A DNA stretch of 64,000 nucleotides, taken from an uncultured Draconibacterium sp. (GTDB taxonomy: Bacteria; Bacteroidota; Bacteroidia; Bacteroidales; Prolixibacteraceae). Both the position numbers and the translations under genes were made by a program. The notes under the pieces are model-generated. The model saw only the letters and a list, made by a program, of their open reading frames with translations, was not told where the DNA came from and made no database searches. The stretch covers positions 2,060,134 through 2,124,133 of the forward strand of contig OY781884.1 in NCBI GenBank assembly GCA_963677155.1, given 5' to 3'. Shown in pieces: positions 36,443 to 45,229 of the stretch; position 1 is the first letter of the stretch, and every line of letters starts with the position of its first letter.

Positions 36443-36922
36443 CTAAAACCTTTCCAGTTTTGGGTAATTTTCGTGCCAGGCGTTCCAGCCACCATTAAGT
36501 GAATAAACATGCTTGTAGCCCAACATCATTAGCGATTTTGTTGCCAGCGCCGAGCGACTGCCACTGTGGCAATACAAAATTATAGTATCTGTTTTTTCAG
36601 GAAGTGCGTGACGAAAATCTTCCCAAACTTTTTCCTTTGCAATATGTGACTCCAAAACACCACGCTGCACTAAATAAGCTCCGGGAATATGTCCGGCCTG
36701 GTATTCGTCTTTTGTGCGCACATCGATTAAAATATAATCGGGCTTACGGCTTTTCAATCCTTCCACATATTTTTCATGAAATCCTTCCGGTTCCACGACA
36801 TCAATTTCCTGCTTTACTGCAGCCACCAATTCTTTATAACCATTGTAAACCCTAGCTTCCTGAGCCGAAAGCACAGTAAACATCCCCATCATCAATGCGA
36901 TGATAATTCCTGTTTTCTTCAT
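36443..36922 (-). CDS. Secreted single-domain rhodanese (sulfurtransferase)
   Basis: Signal peptide; LIDVRT, GHIPGA, LYCHSGSRS, LNGGWNAW. Start moved to MKKTG. Confidence 0.9.
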   Translation of the reverse strand: MKKTGIIIALMMGMFTVLSAQEARVYNGYKELVAAVKQEIDVVEPEGFHEKYVEGLKSRKPDYILIDVRTKDEYQAGHIPGAYLVQRGVLESHIAKEKVWEDFRHALPEKTDTIILYCHSGSRSALATKSLMMLGYKHVYSLNGGWNAWHENYPKLERF

Positions 36923-37048
36923 AATATCAAAGATTTTAAAAACATTACCCGATAAGAACAATCACCATTTGAGCTCCTACATTCAGAAACGCACAATTGT
37001 GTTTGCCCAAAACAATTTCGCACATTGAAGGTATAAAGAATTTCTACC

Positions 37049-37777
37049 TTATTTTAAGTTTCGAATCCTTAATTCAGTTTTGTCTTGATTTTTTAATAAT
37101 TCAACCAGTTCGTCGGTATTTGTCTCTCCGAAATGATACGGATAAAGAACTTTGGGCTGAAACATTTTGGTAGCGTCAGCCACCATTTCAGGAGTCATTG
37201 TATAAGGCAGGTTCATCGGCAGAAAAGCAATATCAATGTCTTTCAACGCTGCCATTTCCGGAATATTTTCGGTATCGCCGGCAACGTATACTTTTTTATC
37301 GCCAAAGTGCAGCACATAACCATTACCTACTCCTTTTGGGTGAAAAGGTTGTCCGGCTTCGCGTTCGTGTTTAATATTGTAAGCGGGCACTGCATCAACT
37401 TCAATTCCGGCAAAAATTCCCGATTCGCCATTGCTAAGTACTTTAGTACCGGCGTATTTCTCGTTGCAAGTTTTTGTGAGTACCACCTGAGTTCCCTCTT
37501 TATTAATCGCATCAATTGCTTTGGCATCCAAATGGTCGCCATGCTCATGTGTTATCAAAACCAAATCGGCTTTTGGCATGATGGCATAATCAGCATACCA
37601 CGACACCGGATCGATATGAATTACTTTCCCGTTAAATTGCATCATTAGTGTTCCGTGCGCAATAAAAGTAATTTCCAAATCGCCTTCTGAGGTGGCGAAC
37701 ACATCCTTCTCAAAATCCTGAGCTTGCGCAAAAACAACAAAAACCATCATTGTTATCAGTGTAACTATATTCTTCAT
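37049..37777 (-). CDS. MBL-fold metallo-hydrolase, secreted
   Basis: ITHEHGDHLD, AGDT, PYHFG. Confidence 0.9.
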   Translation of the reverse strand: MKNIVTLITMMVFVVFAQAQDFEKDVFATSEGDLEITFIAHGTLMMQFNGKVIHIDPVSWYADYAIMPKADLVLITHEHGDHLDAKAIDAINKEGTQVVLTKTCNEKYAGTKVLSNGESGIFAGIEVDAVPAYNIKHEREAGQPFHPKGVGNGYVLHFGDKKVYVAGDTENIPEMAALKDIDIAFLPMNLPYTMTPEMVADATKMFQPKVLYPYHFGETNTDELVELLKNQDKTELRIRNLK

Positions 37778-37916
37778 AACCTAACTTTTAAAGTTACTGA
37801 AAGATAGGTATAATATCATTTTTTTGCATCTTCTTTAATAAAAAACAAAACATATGTGTAAGCTTCGGGCTCTATTAAATTCGTAATTTCGGAGTTAAAT
37901 TCTAAAACCAATTAAT

Positions 37917-39866
37917 ATGAAAAGATTACCGCTATTGATTACCCTTATAGCCCTTGTCTTCTCCCTTTCGGCCAAAGAGTATTTGGTTGAATCGCCTTCG
38001 GGAAAAATACAGGTTAAGGTAAATGTTAACGAAACCGTTACCTATTCGGTATTGCTAAACGGACGTACAATTGTTGCGCCGTCGCAAATTTCGATGGAAC
38101 TATACGACGGCACAGTTTGGGGAGTGGATGCCAAAGTACGCAAAGCAAAAACCAACAGCGTATCGCAGATACTTACGCCGGTTGTGAAACGAAAAAGCGC
38201 TACGATAAAAGATGAATACAAGGAACTCACGTTGAAGTTTAAAGGTTATTCGTTGCAATTCAGGGCATACGACGATGGCGCTGCCTACCGTTGGGTAACA
38301 GATAAAACCGGCAAATACAAGGTAAAAAGCGAGTTGGCGACTTTCGCGTTTCCGACCGACAACAAACTTTGGTTTCCGGAAGAAGAAAGTATGATGACCC
38401 ACCAGGAGCGTGAATATCTGCGCGAAACGCTATCGAATATTGGCAACAATCGTTTTGCTTCGACGGGCTTGCTGGTTGACTGCGGAAACGGCGTAAAAAC
38501 CTACATTTCGGAATCGAACCTGATGGATTACCCGGGAATGTATTTGCGTGGTTGCGACGATAACAAATATGCTTTGGTTGGAAAATACCCCGGTGTTGTG
38601 CTGGAAACCGAACAGCTGCGCGACCGCGATGTAAAACCAACAAAATATGCCGATTATATTGCCGAATGCAGCGGTCCGCGCGAATTCCCGTGGCGTGCCA
38701 TGGTAATAACCGAAAATGATGGACAGTTGATAGAAACAGAAATGATTTACAAACTGGCTCCTGAGTGCAAATTGGAGAATACCGGCTGGATTAAACCCGG
38801 TAAAGTTGCATGGGACTGGTGGAATGCCAATAATATTTACGGTGTTGATTTTGTGGCCGGTGTAAATACCGAAACCTACAAATATTACATCGATTTTGCT
38901 TCGAAATACGGATTGGAATACATCATTCTGGACGAAGGCTGGTATGTGCTTTCTGATATTTTGAAACAGGAAAAAGATGTAGATGTAAAAGAGATAATTG
39001 ATTACGGAAAAGAAAAGAATGTTGACGTAATTCTTTGGGTGGTTTGGAAAGCCATGGATGACAAACTGGAGGAAGCACTCGATCAGTTTCAAGCTTGGGG
39101 AGCAAAAGGGATTAAAATGGACTTTATGCAACGCGACGACCAGTGGATGGTAAACTTTTACGAGAAAATTGCCCGCAAATGTGCCGAGCACAACTTGTTG
39201 GTTGATTTCCATGGAGCTTATAAACCAAGTGGTTTGAGGCGTGCTTACCCTAACGTAATTTCTTACGAGGGAGTTAAAGGAATGGAAAATGCCAAATGGT
39301 CGAACTTACCCGATCCGGAGCACGATGTAACTTTGCCTTTTATTCGTATGGTTGCCGGACCAATGGACTATACTCCGGGGGCAATGATCAACAAAACAAA
39401 AGAGAATTTCGCACAGGTGTTTACCGAGCCAATGAGCCAGGGAACACGCTGCCACCAGTTGGCATTATACCCGGTTTTTGAAAGCCCGCTGCAAATGTTG
39501 GCCGATAATCCATCGAACTATTACCGCGAGCCGGAATGTATGGAATTCCTTGCGGCAGTTCCATCGGTTTGGGACGAAACTAAAGTGCTGGAAGCCAAAG
39601 TGAGTGACTATATTGCCGTAGCTCGACGCTCGGGCGACAAATGGTTTGTAGGTGCTTTAACCGACTGGGATCCGCGTGAAATGGAATTAAAACTCGATTT
39701 CCTTGGCGACGGTACTTACACCATGAAAGTTTGGCAAGACGGCCTAAACGCCAATAAACATGCCGCCGACTTTGCGCAGGAAACTGTAGAAGTTACCGCA
39801 ACCTCAACCGTAAATGTTAAAATGGCTCCCGGTGGTGGCTGGGTTGCTATAATTGAAAAGAAATAG
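37917..39866 (+). CDS. Glycoside hydrolase family 97, likely retaining subgroup (alpha-galactosidase/glucosidase)
   Basis: WIKPGKVAWDWW, ILDEGWY, GIKMDF (Asp nucleophile position), EGVKGME, GPMDYTPG. Confidence 0.93.
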   Translation: MKRLPLLITLIALVFSLSAKEYLVESPSGKIQVKVNVNETVTYSVLLNGRTIVAPSQISMELYDGTVWGVDAKVRKAKTNSVSQILTPVVKRKSATIKDEYKELTLKFKGYSLQFRAYDDGAAYRWVTDKTGKYKVKSELATFAFPTDNKLWFPEEESMMTHQEREYLRETLSNIGNNRFASTGLLVDCGNGVKTYISESNLMDYPGMYLRGCDDNKYALVGKYPGVVLETEQLRDRDVKPTKYADYIAECSGPREFPWRAMVITENDGQLIETEMIYKLAPECKLENTGWIKPGKVAWDWWNANNIYGVDFVAGVNTETYKYYIDFASKYGLEYIILDEGWYVLSDILKQEKDVDVKEIIDYGKEKNVDVILWVVWKAMDDKLEEALDQFQAWGAKGIKMDFMQRDDQWMVNFYEKIARKCAEHNLLVDFHGAYKPSGLRRAYPNVISYEGVKGMENAKWSNLPDPEHDVTLPFIRMVAGPMDYTPGAMINKTKENFAQVFTEPMSQGTRCHQLALYPVFESPLQMLADNPSNYYREPECMEFLAAVPSVWDETKVLEAKVSDYIAVARRSGDKWFVGALTDWDPREMELKLDFLGDGTYTMKVWQDGLNANKHAADFAQETVEVTATSTVNVKMAPGGGWVAIIEKK

Positions 39867-39899
39867 TTACTAGCCTCTGGTAACGAGCTACTAGCTTTT

Positions 39900-39945
39900 A
39901 AAAATGCCATCCTTGTTTGAGGTTTCTCCGCGGATGGCATTTTTT
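39900..39945 (+). terminator. Terminator after GH97
   Basis: AAAAATGCCATCC...GGATGGCATTTTTT. Confidence 0.75.
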
Positions 39946-40062
39946 GTCCCCCTTGCCGAAGGGGGATTAAGGGGATTGGTTATCCGATTTGAAAAAATTC
40001 ACATATCTCAACCAATCCTCCATCCCGATAATACTATCGGGACACCTCTTTTAAACGGTGGT
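39946..40062. repeat. REP-like palindrome cluster
   Basis: TCCCCCTT-GCCG-AAGGGGGA hairpin, TCCCGATA-ATAC-TATCGGGA hairpin, and inverted GGATTGGTT/AACCAATCC arms. Confidence 0.55.
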
Positions 40063-40189
40063 GATATGGTTAGTAAGAGATTGCGGGCTTTTTACTTATC
40101 AAATTATAGTAAATTTGGAGCGGATTACAATGCCCATAAAAACACTGAAACCCTTATTAGCTATACCGCATGCTACTTGCTGGTGTTTA

Positions 40190-41503
40190 TTAATTTATCA
40201 ATCCGAGTACTTTTTCTTCTAATTCTTTTCCTCTCAAATTTTTTCCTATAATTATTCCTTTTGGGTTTAAAAGGAAAGTAGTTGGATATCCTTGAATTCC
40301 ATAAGTCTCTTTTATTTTATTGGAATCCGTTGAAAGCATCTGTGTCCAGGTAATAGAATCATTTATGATTATTTCTTTAAGTGCATCCGAAGGGCTATCT
40401 CCAACAATACCAATTATTTCAAATTTTTCTCTATCGGTTTTCTTATAAAGTTCTTTCATGTTAGGGATTTCTTGTCTACAAGGGCCACACCAAATTGCCC
40501 AAAAATCAAGCAATATATATTTCCCTTTTAATTGTTCTGATGATATTTGGGATCCTGTCATAAAATCGTTCCCTTCAAAAGAAAATGACTTAAATCCTAT
40601 CTGAGTAGAATTCAATTCACTCTTTGGTAATGACATTTTTTCTAAAGTCAACGTATTGCTATTTGTGTTTACACCGATGTTTTTATAAAGTTTTCCTTTA
40701 ATTTCAATGAATTCATTTTTCTCAATTAAATTCTTACTATTGATTTTATCTCCATCTTTTATGCTATCATTAATTAATGCTATACTTGAGTTTTGGTATG
40801 ATAAATTTGAAAAATGGTCAGAACACACTGCAATTTTTTTTCCGTTGAATGTTGTTTCTGAATATTGTGGGAAATTGCACATAAACATATTATATTGACT
40901 CATATGTGCAATGAAAAGAGGAGCAGTTATCAATTGTTTTTTATTATTAACCAGTCGTTCGAATGAAACATTTATAGCATTGCTCAATGCAACAGAATCC
41001 TTGTTTATTTCTTCACTTGGTGAAAAATTATATGGGATGAAGCTTTTATCATCGCTAAAATCCAAATTATTATTTGCATCAACTATCATATTTGTAACAC
41101 CTGCTGAATCTTTCCCAAAGGCAAATGCTATTTTAGTTTTTAATGGTTCTTTTGACAATTCAAGAGTGTCAGGTTTCCAATTCCACGATTTTTGTAACTC
41201 TTCATACCACTCTTTAGTAATGTTTCCTTGTAAATTGTTTTGATAAACTGATTGATAGATATCTGTCTCAATGTCTCCGAATTTAATGTCAGTCCAGTTT
41301 TCTGGAGCTCCTGTTACCGACAAATAGGTTTTTTCCCATGGATTATTTTCATTTTCTGAATAAGGGGAAATACCACCAAGTGCCGAGTTAAAATAGCCAT
41401 ATCCATTCTGTGGACTTAATGGAAGATCAATTATTTTTTGATTTGAACAACTAAACAAAATAGGAATACAAATTACAGCTAAGATCAATGTTTGAAATCT
41501 CAT
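40190..41503 (-). CDS. TlpA/AhpC-TSA family thiol-disulfide lipoprotein, AT-rich
   Basis: Lipobox LFSC; LLDFWAIWCGPCRQEIP; GYPTTFLLNPKG. Confidence 0.88.
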   Translation of the reverse strand: MRFQTLILAVICIPILFSCSNQKIIDLPLSPQNGYGYFNSALGGISPYSENENNPWEKTYLSVTGAPENWTDIKFGDIETDIYQSVYQNNLQGNITKEWYEELQKSWNWKPDTLELSKEPLKTKIAFAFGKDSAGVTNMIVDANNNLDFSDDKSFIPYNFSPSEEINKDSVALSNAINVSFERLVNNKKQLITAPLFIAHMSQYNMFMCNFPQYSETTFNGKKIAVCSDHFSNLSYQNSSIALINDSIKDGDKINSKNLIEKNEFIEIKGKLYKNIGVNTNSNTLTLEKMSLPKSELNSTQIGFKSFSFEGNDFMTGSQISSEQLKGKYILLDFWAIWCGPCRQEIPNMKELYKKTDREKFEIIGIVGDSPSDALKEIIINDSITWTQMLSTDSNKIKETYGIQGYPTTFLLNPKGIIIGKNLRGKELEEKVLGLIN

Positions 41504-41699
41504 TTTATTAGATTTTAATTTAAAAATTCTTTTAATCAGGTTATTATTCGCTATCGTTTTTTACACTTGCAGATAATAAAGGAGAATGAGCTAAAGTGCC
41601 GTTGGGAATAATCGTAAGCAGTGTTACACAAAATCAGCAGGCGACAAATAAATGATAGTCGCCCGCTTAGTTATTTTGTGCGAGTAAGAAGCTTATTAT

Positions 41700-44588
41700 T
41701 TACTTTTCTTGAAGTACGAACTTTACAGTAATTGCTACGGTCGTTCCTTTGAACTCGTCTATGTCAATCTTTGGAAGAAGTTTCATTACCCTTCGGGCTT
41801 CTGAATTAAGAGAATTTTGAATAACAGGAGTTTCATTACTTGCTGTATTTTTAGCACCTTCTGACTTGTACGCTACAACCACGATTTCATCAACATCATA
41901 AGCTTTTGTTTTATGTTTATCGTGCATAGAATGTATGGTCCCGTCAGTTTTATAAGTAACAAAAAGTCGAACTGTTCCTTCGTAATTTAATTCTTGTGCT
42001 TTTAACGGATATTTTATATGCTTTGCAATAAATCTCCGCAAATCCAGTTCAGAAGTAATTTCTTCTGTTTTTGAGGTAATAAGGATCACGCCATCTTTCC
42101 CTTCATCACCATAAGTTTCAATAGCCGATGCATCTTTCAGAACGTCGATTGATTGAATATTTTCAGGCTCAATATCACCCATATCGCCTGTGTATTTTTC
42201 ACCGTCGAGAAAAATCAGCGGCGATTTTCCATTAAAATCAGCCGAACCTTTCAGTTTAATCGATATGGCTCCGTTTTTAGCTGCCACACCGTATATTCTA
42301 GTGGCATTTTCGCCTTTCAGCACTTCCATTGATTCTATAGTTTCCGGGTCGATATCCTTTATATCGCCATCGTAAGGAACACCATCTACTAATACTACAG
42401 CATCGTCCATTCTGGCTTTGGCAGCATCTTTTGTGGTTATAATGATTACCCCATTTTTACCTTTATCGCCATATAAAATTTTAGCTTGTGCATCTTTTAA
42501 AACAGAGATAGATTCAATTTTTTCCGGCTCAATTGATTCAATTTCATCTGCCGGTTTGCCATCCACAATGTACAATGGAGGATTCTCAGGATCGTTTGCA
42601 AAACCATCAACCTGAATACTTTCACGCGGGTCATTCTTTTTATTCAGCGTGCCATAACCAATCACTTTTACATCGCCTGTTTTATCCCCGGCAGTGGCTT
42701 TTGTTGTAATAATAATTACTCCGTTTTTTCCTTTATCGCCATATACAATTTTGCCTTGTGCATCTTTTAAAACGGTGATAGATTCAATTTTTTCCGGCTC
42801 AATTGATTCAATTTCAGCTGCCGGCTTACCATCCACAATGTACAATGGAGGATTCTCAGGATCGTTTGCAAAACCGTAAGCCTGAATACTTTCACGTGGA
42901 TCTTTCTTGGAATTCTGCATTCCATAGCCAATCACTTCGATATCTCCCTTTTTTTCGCTTCCATCAGCTTCCATCTGAACATTCAGCTCTGATTTTCCGT
43001 CAATGGCAACTTGTTTCTCTGCATAACCAATCATTTTAAAAACCAGGGTGCTGTTTTCGCTTGTTTCAATTTTGTAGTTTCCATTAAAATCTGAAACAGT
43101 GCCAACAGTAGTTCCTTTTACCAGCACTGCAGTTCCCGCTAATGCTTTTTCTTTTTCGTCGGTAACTTTTCCTGAAATGGTTAGTTCTTTCTCCGGGTCA
43201 TTCTCAGCAAGAGCTATCCTCAATTCTTTTTTGTTGCCGTAATAAACAACGTCATTTTTATAATAACCGGGTGCCGAGAAACTTAAAACTATCGGCTTTT
43301 CTATCCCGTTAAAGGCAAGTTCGAAATTACCATTTCCATCTGCAACAAATTCTTCCAACGTTTCTTTGTTAACGATTCTGGCATTCACGATCGCCTCTCC
43401 CAATACATTTTCGACTGCCCCTGTTACAGTAAAATTGTTGCTTCGAACACGAACATCCGGCTTGCCCAACATTTTGTCAAACTCGGGAACGGTGCCTACT
43501 TCATAATCCCTGGTTTGGATGCAATAAACTCCATCTTGATTAGGATTCTTATCAAACGACATTGTATTGGCAACCACTTTGTCTTCCAAACCAAGCGCTT
43601 TTATTATTTCGCCTCCATTAAATCCATTGGCAAAATCAAGCTTCATCAGGTCGGGATGATCCGCAGGAAGCTCAACACCATCAACAACTACTTTTAGTTG
43701 TCCGGCATCGTGCAGCACTTCGGTTCGTACTTCTTTGTTCGACAAACCCATAATTAAAATGGCCAGCAGGGGCAGTACAACCAGCTGTTTAAGCAGGCCG
43801 TAACGGTTTTCTGTTTTCTTTTTCATCATGATAATACGGTTTTTTAATTGTGAGCCGTTAAGCGCAGTCAAAAAGGGAGCTACTCCTTTTTTATGCGCTA
43901 ATCCTACCATGGCCAATTGATAAGCTTCGGCATTATGATTTTGGGCTACCTGATGATCTGTCAGGTATTCCAGGTTATTTCGCATCGCATCGCGGATTAA
44001 CCAGGCAAAGGGGTTAAACCACTGGAAGAGAAACAAGAGCTCGGCAAATAGGATATCAAGCGTATGATGTTCTCTTACGTGAATCATTTCGTGATCGACA
44101 ATCATTTTCAGATTGGGATTTTTCAGCATTTTCTCCGACAGCACTATCCGCGAGAAAAAAGAGAATGGATGAACATCTTTTTTAGTCAGGTTTACTTGTG
44201 CTCCAAACAATTCCTTAAGTCGGCTAAAACGGATAATATTTATGGCTTTAAGGTGCCCGATCAACAAATTCAGCAAAAATACAACGATTCCGAACGTATA
44301 AATTGCCAACAGGTAATGATACCACTCAAAGACAAATTGTGGTTCGTTAGCCAAAGCAGCTTCGGGCAGGTAGGCAAAACTTTGTGTTGATGCTACCGGA
44401 AGCGGCCGTATATAATTTACTCTGGTAAAGGTAATCAGCGGAATAAGGAAACTAACAAGAAACGACACCGGCAAATAAATCCGGTTAAAAAGAAAATGCT
44501 TCTGATGCTGGAAAAGCGCCAGGTACGCCAGGTAAAAAGCACCAAGCGCCAGTGCTGCTTTTCCTATATAAAGTAAAAATTCTTCCAT
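41700..44588 (-). CDS. M56 (BlaR1-like) peptidase fused to CarboxypepD_reg-like, TonB-plug-like repeats and a TonB C-terminal-like domain
   Basis: TM domain with HEMIH (HExxH), WFNPFAW, NLEYLTD, LKNRIIMM; repeats YIVDG...IESITVLKD...YGDKGKNGVIIITTK; C-terminal FIAKHIKYPLKAQE...EGTVRL. Confidence 0.9.
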   Translation of the reverse strand: MEEFLLYIGKAALALGAFYLAYLALFQHQKHFLFNRIYLPVSFLVSFLIPLITFTRVNYIRPLPVASTQSFAYLPEAALANEPQFVFEWYHYLLAIYTFGIVVFLLNLLIGHLKAINIIRFSRLKELFGAQVNLTKKDVHPFSFFSRIVLSEKMLKNPNLKMIVDHEMIHVREHHTLDILFAELLFLFQWFNPFAWLIRDAMRNNLEYLTDHQVAQNHNAEAYQLAMVGLAHKKGVAPFLTALNGSQLKNRIIMMKKKTENRYGLLKQLVVLPLLAILIMGLSNKEVRTEVLHDAGQLKVVVDGVELPADHPDLMKLDFANGFNGGEIIKALGLEDKVVANTMSFDKNPNQDGVYCIQTRDYEVGTVPEFDKMLGKPDVRVRSNNFTVTGAVENVLGEAIVNARIVNKETLEEFVADGNGNFELAFNGIEKPIVLSFSAPGYYKNDVVYYGNKKELRIALAENDPEKELTISGKVTDEKEKALAGTAVLVKGTTVGTVSDFNGNYKIETSENSTLVFKMIGYAEKQVAIDGKSELNVQMEADGSEKKGDIEVIGYGMQNSKKDPRESIQAYGFANDPENPPLYIVDGKPAAEIESIEPEKIESITVLKDAQGKIVYGDKGKNGVIIITTKATAGDKTGDVKVIGYGTLNKKNDPRESIQVDGFANDPENPPLYIVDGKPADEIESIEPEKIESISVLKDAQAKILYGDKGKNGVIIITTKDAAKARMDDAVVLVDGVPYDGDIKDIDPETIESMEVLKGENATRIYGVAAKNGAISIKLKGSADFNGKSPLIFLDGEKYTGDMGDIEPENIQSIDVLKDASAIETYGDEGKDGVILITSKTEEITSELDLRRFIAKHIKYPLKAQELNYEGTVRLFVTYKTDGTIHSMHDKHKTKAYDVDEIVVVAYKSEGAKNTASNETPVIQNSLNSEARRVMKLLPKIDIDEFKGTTVAITVKFVLQEK
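42429..42948. repeat. Intragenic tandem duplication, 270-bp period (90 aa)
   Basis: Near-identical DNA at 42429-42678 and 42699-42948. Confidence 0.9.
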
Positions 44589-44947
44589 TACTGTTTGTTT
44601 TTAATGAGCTTAACCAGTTCGTCGATCTCTTCCTCCGACAGGTTTTTCTCTTTTACAAAAAAGGCCACAGCACTTTTGTACGAGTTATCGAAATAGTCGC
44701 TCACCACCTGGTTCATGAACGAACGGCGGTACTCTTCTATCGAAATAAGCGGAAAATATTGGTAGGTGTTCCCGTATTGTTTAAAACCGATTATTCCTTT
44801 ATCCTGTAGCAGGCGCACCAACGACGAAATGGTGTTATAATGCGGCTTCGGATCGGGATACAATTCAACAATGTCTTTTACAAATGCTTTTTCCAGTTTC
44901 CAGAGGATCTTCATTAATTCCTCTTCCTTTTTTGTTAGTTTTTTCAT
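44588..44947 (-). CDS. BlaI/MecI/CopY family repressor
   Basis: LTKKEEELMKILW, PHYNTISSLVRLL, YFDNSY; overlaps the M56 gene start by 1 nt. Confidence 0.95.
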   Translation of the reverse strand: MKKLTKKEEELMKILWKLEKAFVKDIVELYPDPKPHYNTISSLVRLLQDKGIIGFKQYGNTYQYFPLISIEEYRRSFMNQVVSDYFDNSYKSAVAFFVKEKNLSEEEIDELVKLIKNKQ

Positions 44948-44969
44948 TTTTCCTTCTTTTCAAGTTTGC

Positions 44970-45048
44970 TGTCATTTCGAGCGAGGAACGAACGAGAAAT
45001 CTTTTTCATAAGAATTGTGATTTCTCCTCCTCTGTCGTCGAAATGACA
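44970..45048. repeat. 79-bp REP-like palindromic element, copy 2
   Basis: Same ends and internal GAGAAATC/GATTTCTC arms as 5322-5400. Confidence 0.85.
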
Positions 45049-45066
45049 CTCTGCTCAACATGAAGA

Positions 45067-45111
45067 CAAACATACAACTGATTTTTCAGTTAATGAACGA
45101 AATTTTCAGTT
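45067..45111 (-). promoter_or_regulatory. blaI promoter (-7 TAtgTTTG, 45067-45074) with two candidate operators
   Basis: AACTGA-TTTT-TCAGTT (45076-45091) and AACGAA-ATTT-TCAGTT (45096-45111), 20 bp apart. Confidence 0.6.
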
Positions 45112-45167
45112 CTATTAGTACTAAGCACCTTCAAAACCCGCATGGAATAAGTACCTTATCAGCAGAT

Positions 45168-45201
45168 AAAAAAAATGCCATTCTTTCAAAAAGAACGGCA
45201 T
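45168..45201 (-). terminator. Terminator of the second TonB receptor gene
   Basis: ATGCCATTCTT...AAGAACGGCAT stem with U-tail on the minus strand. Confidence 0.7.
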
Positions 45202-45229
45202 CCAATAGAATTGTCTATGCGTATTATTG

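Noticed and set aside
39904-40251. 115-aa ORF across the repeat cluster
   Set aside because: It reads through a terminator and palindromes and overlaps the TlpA 3' end antisense, which is typical of repeat-derived spurious ORFs.
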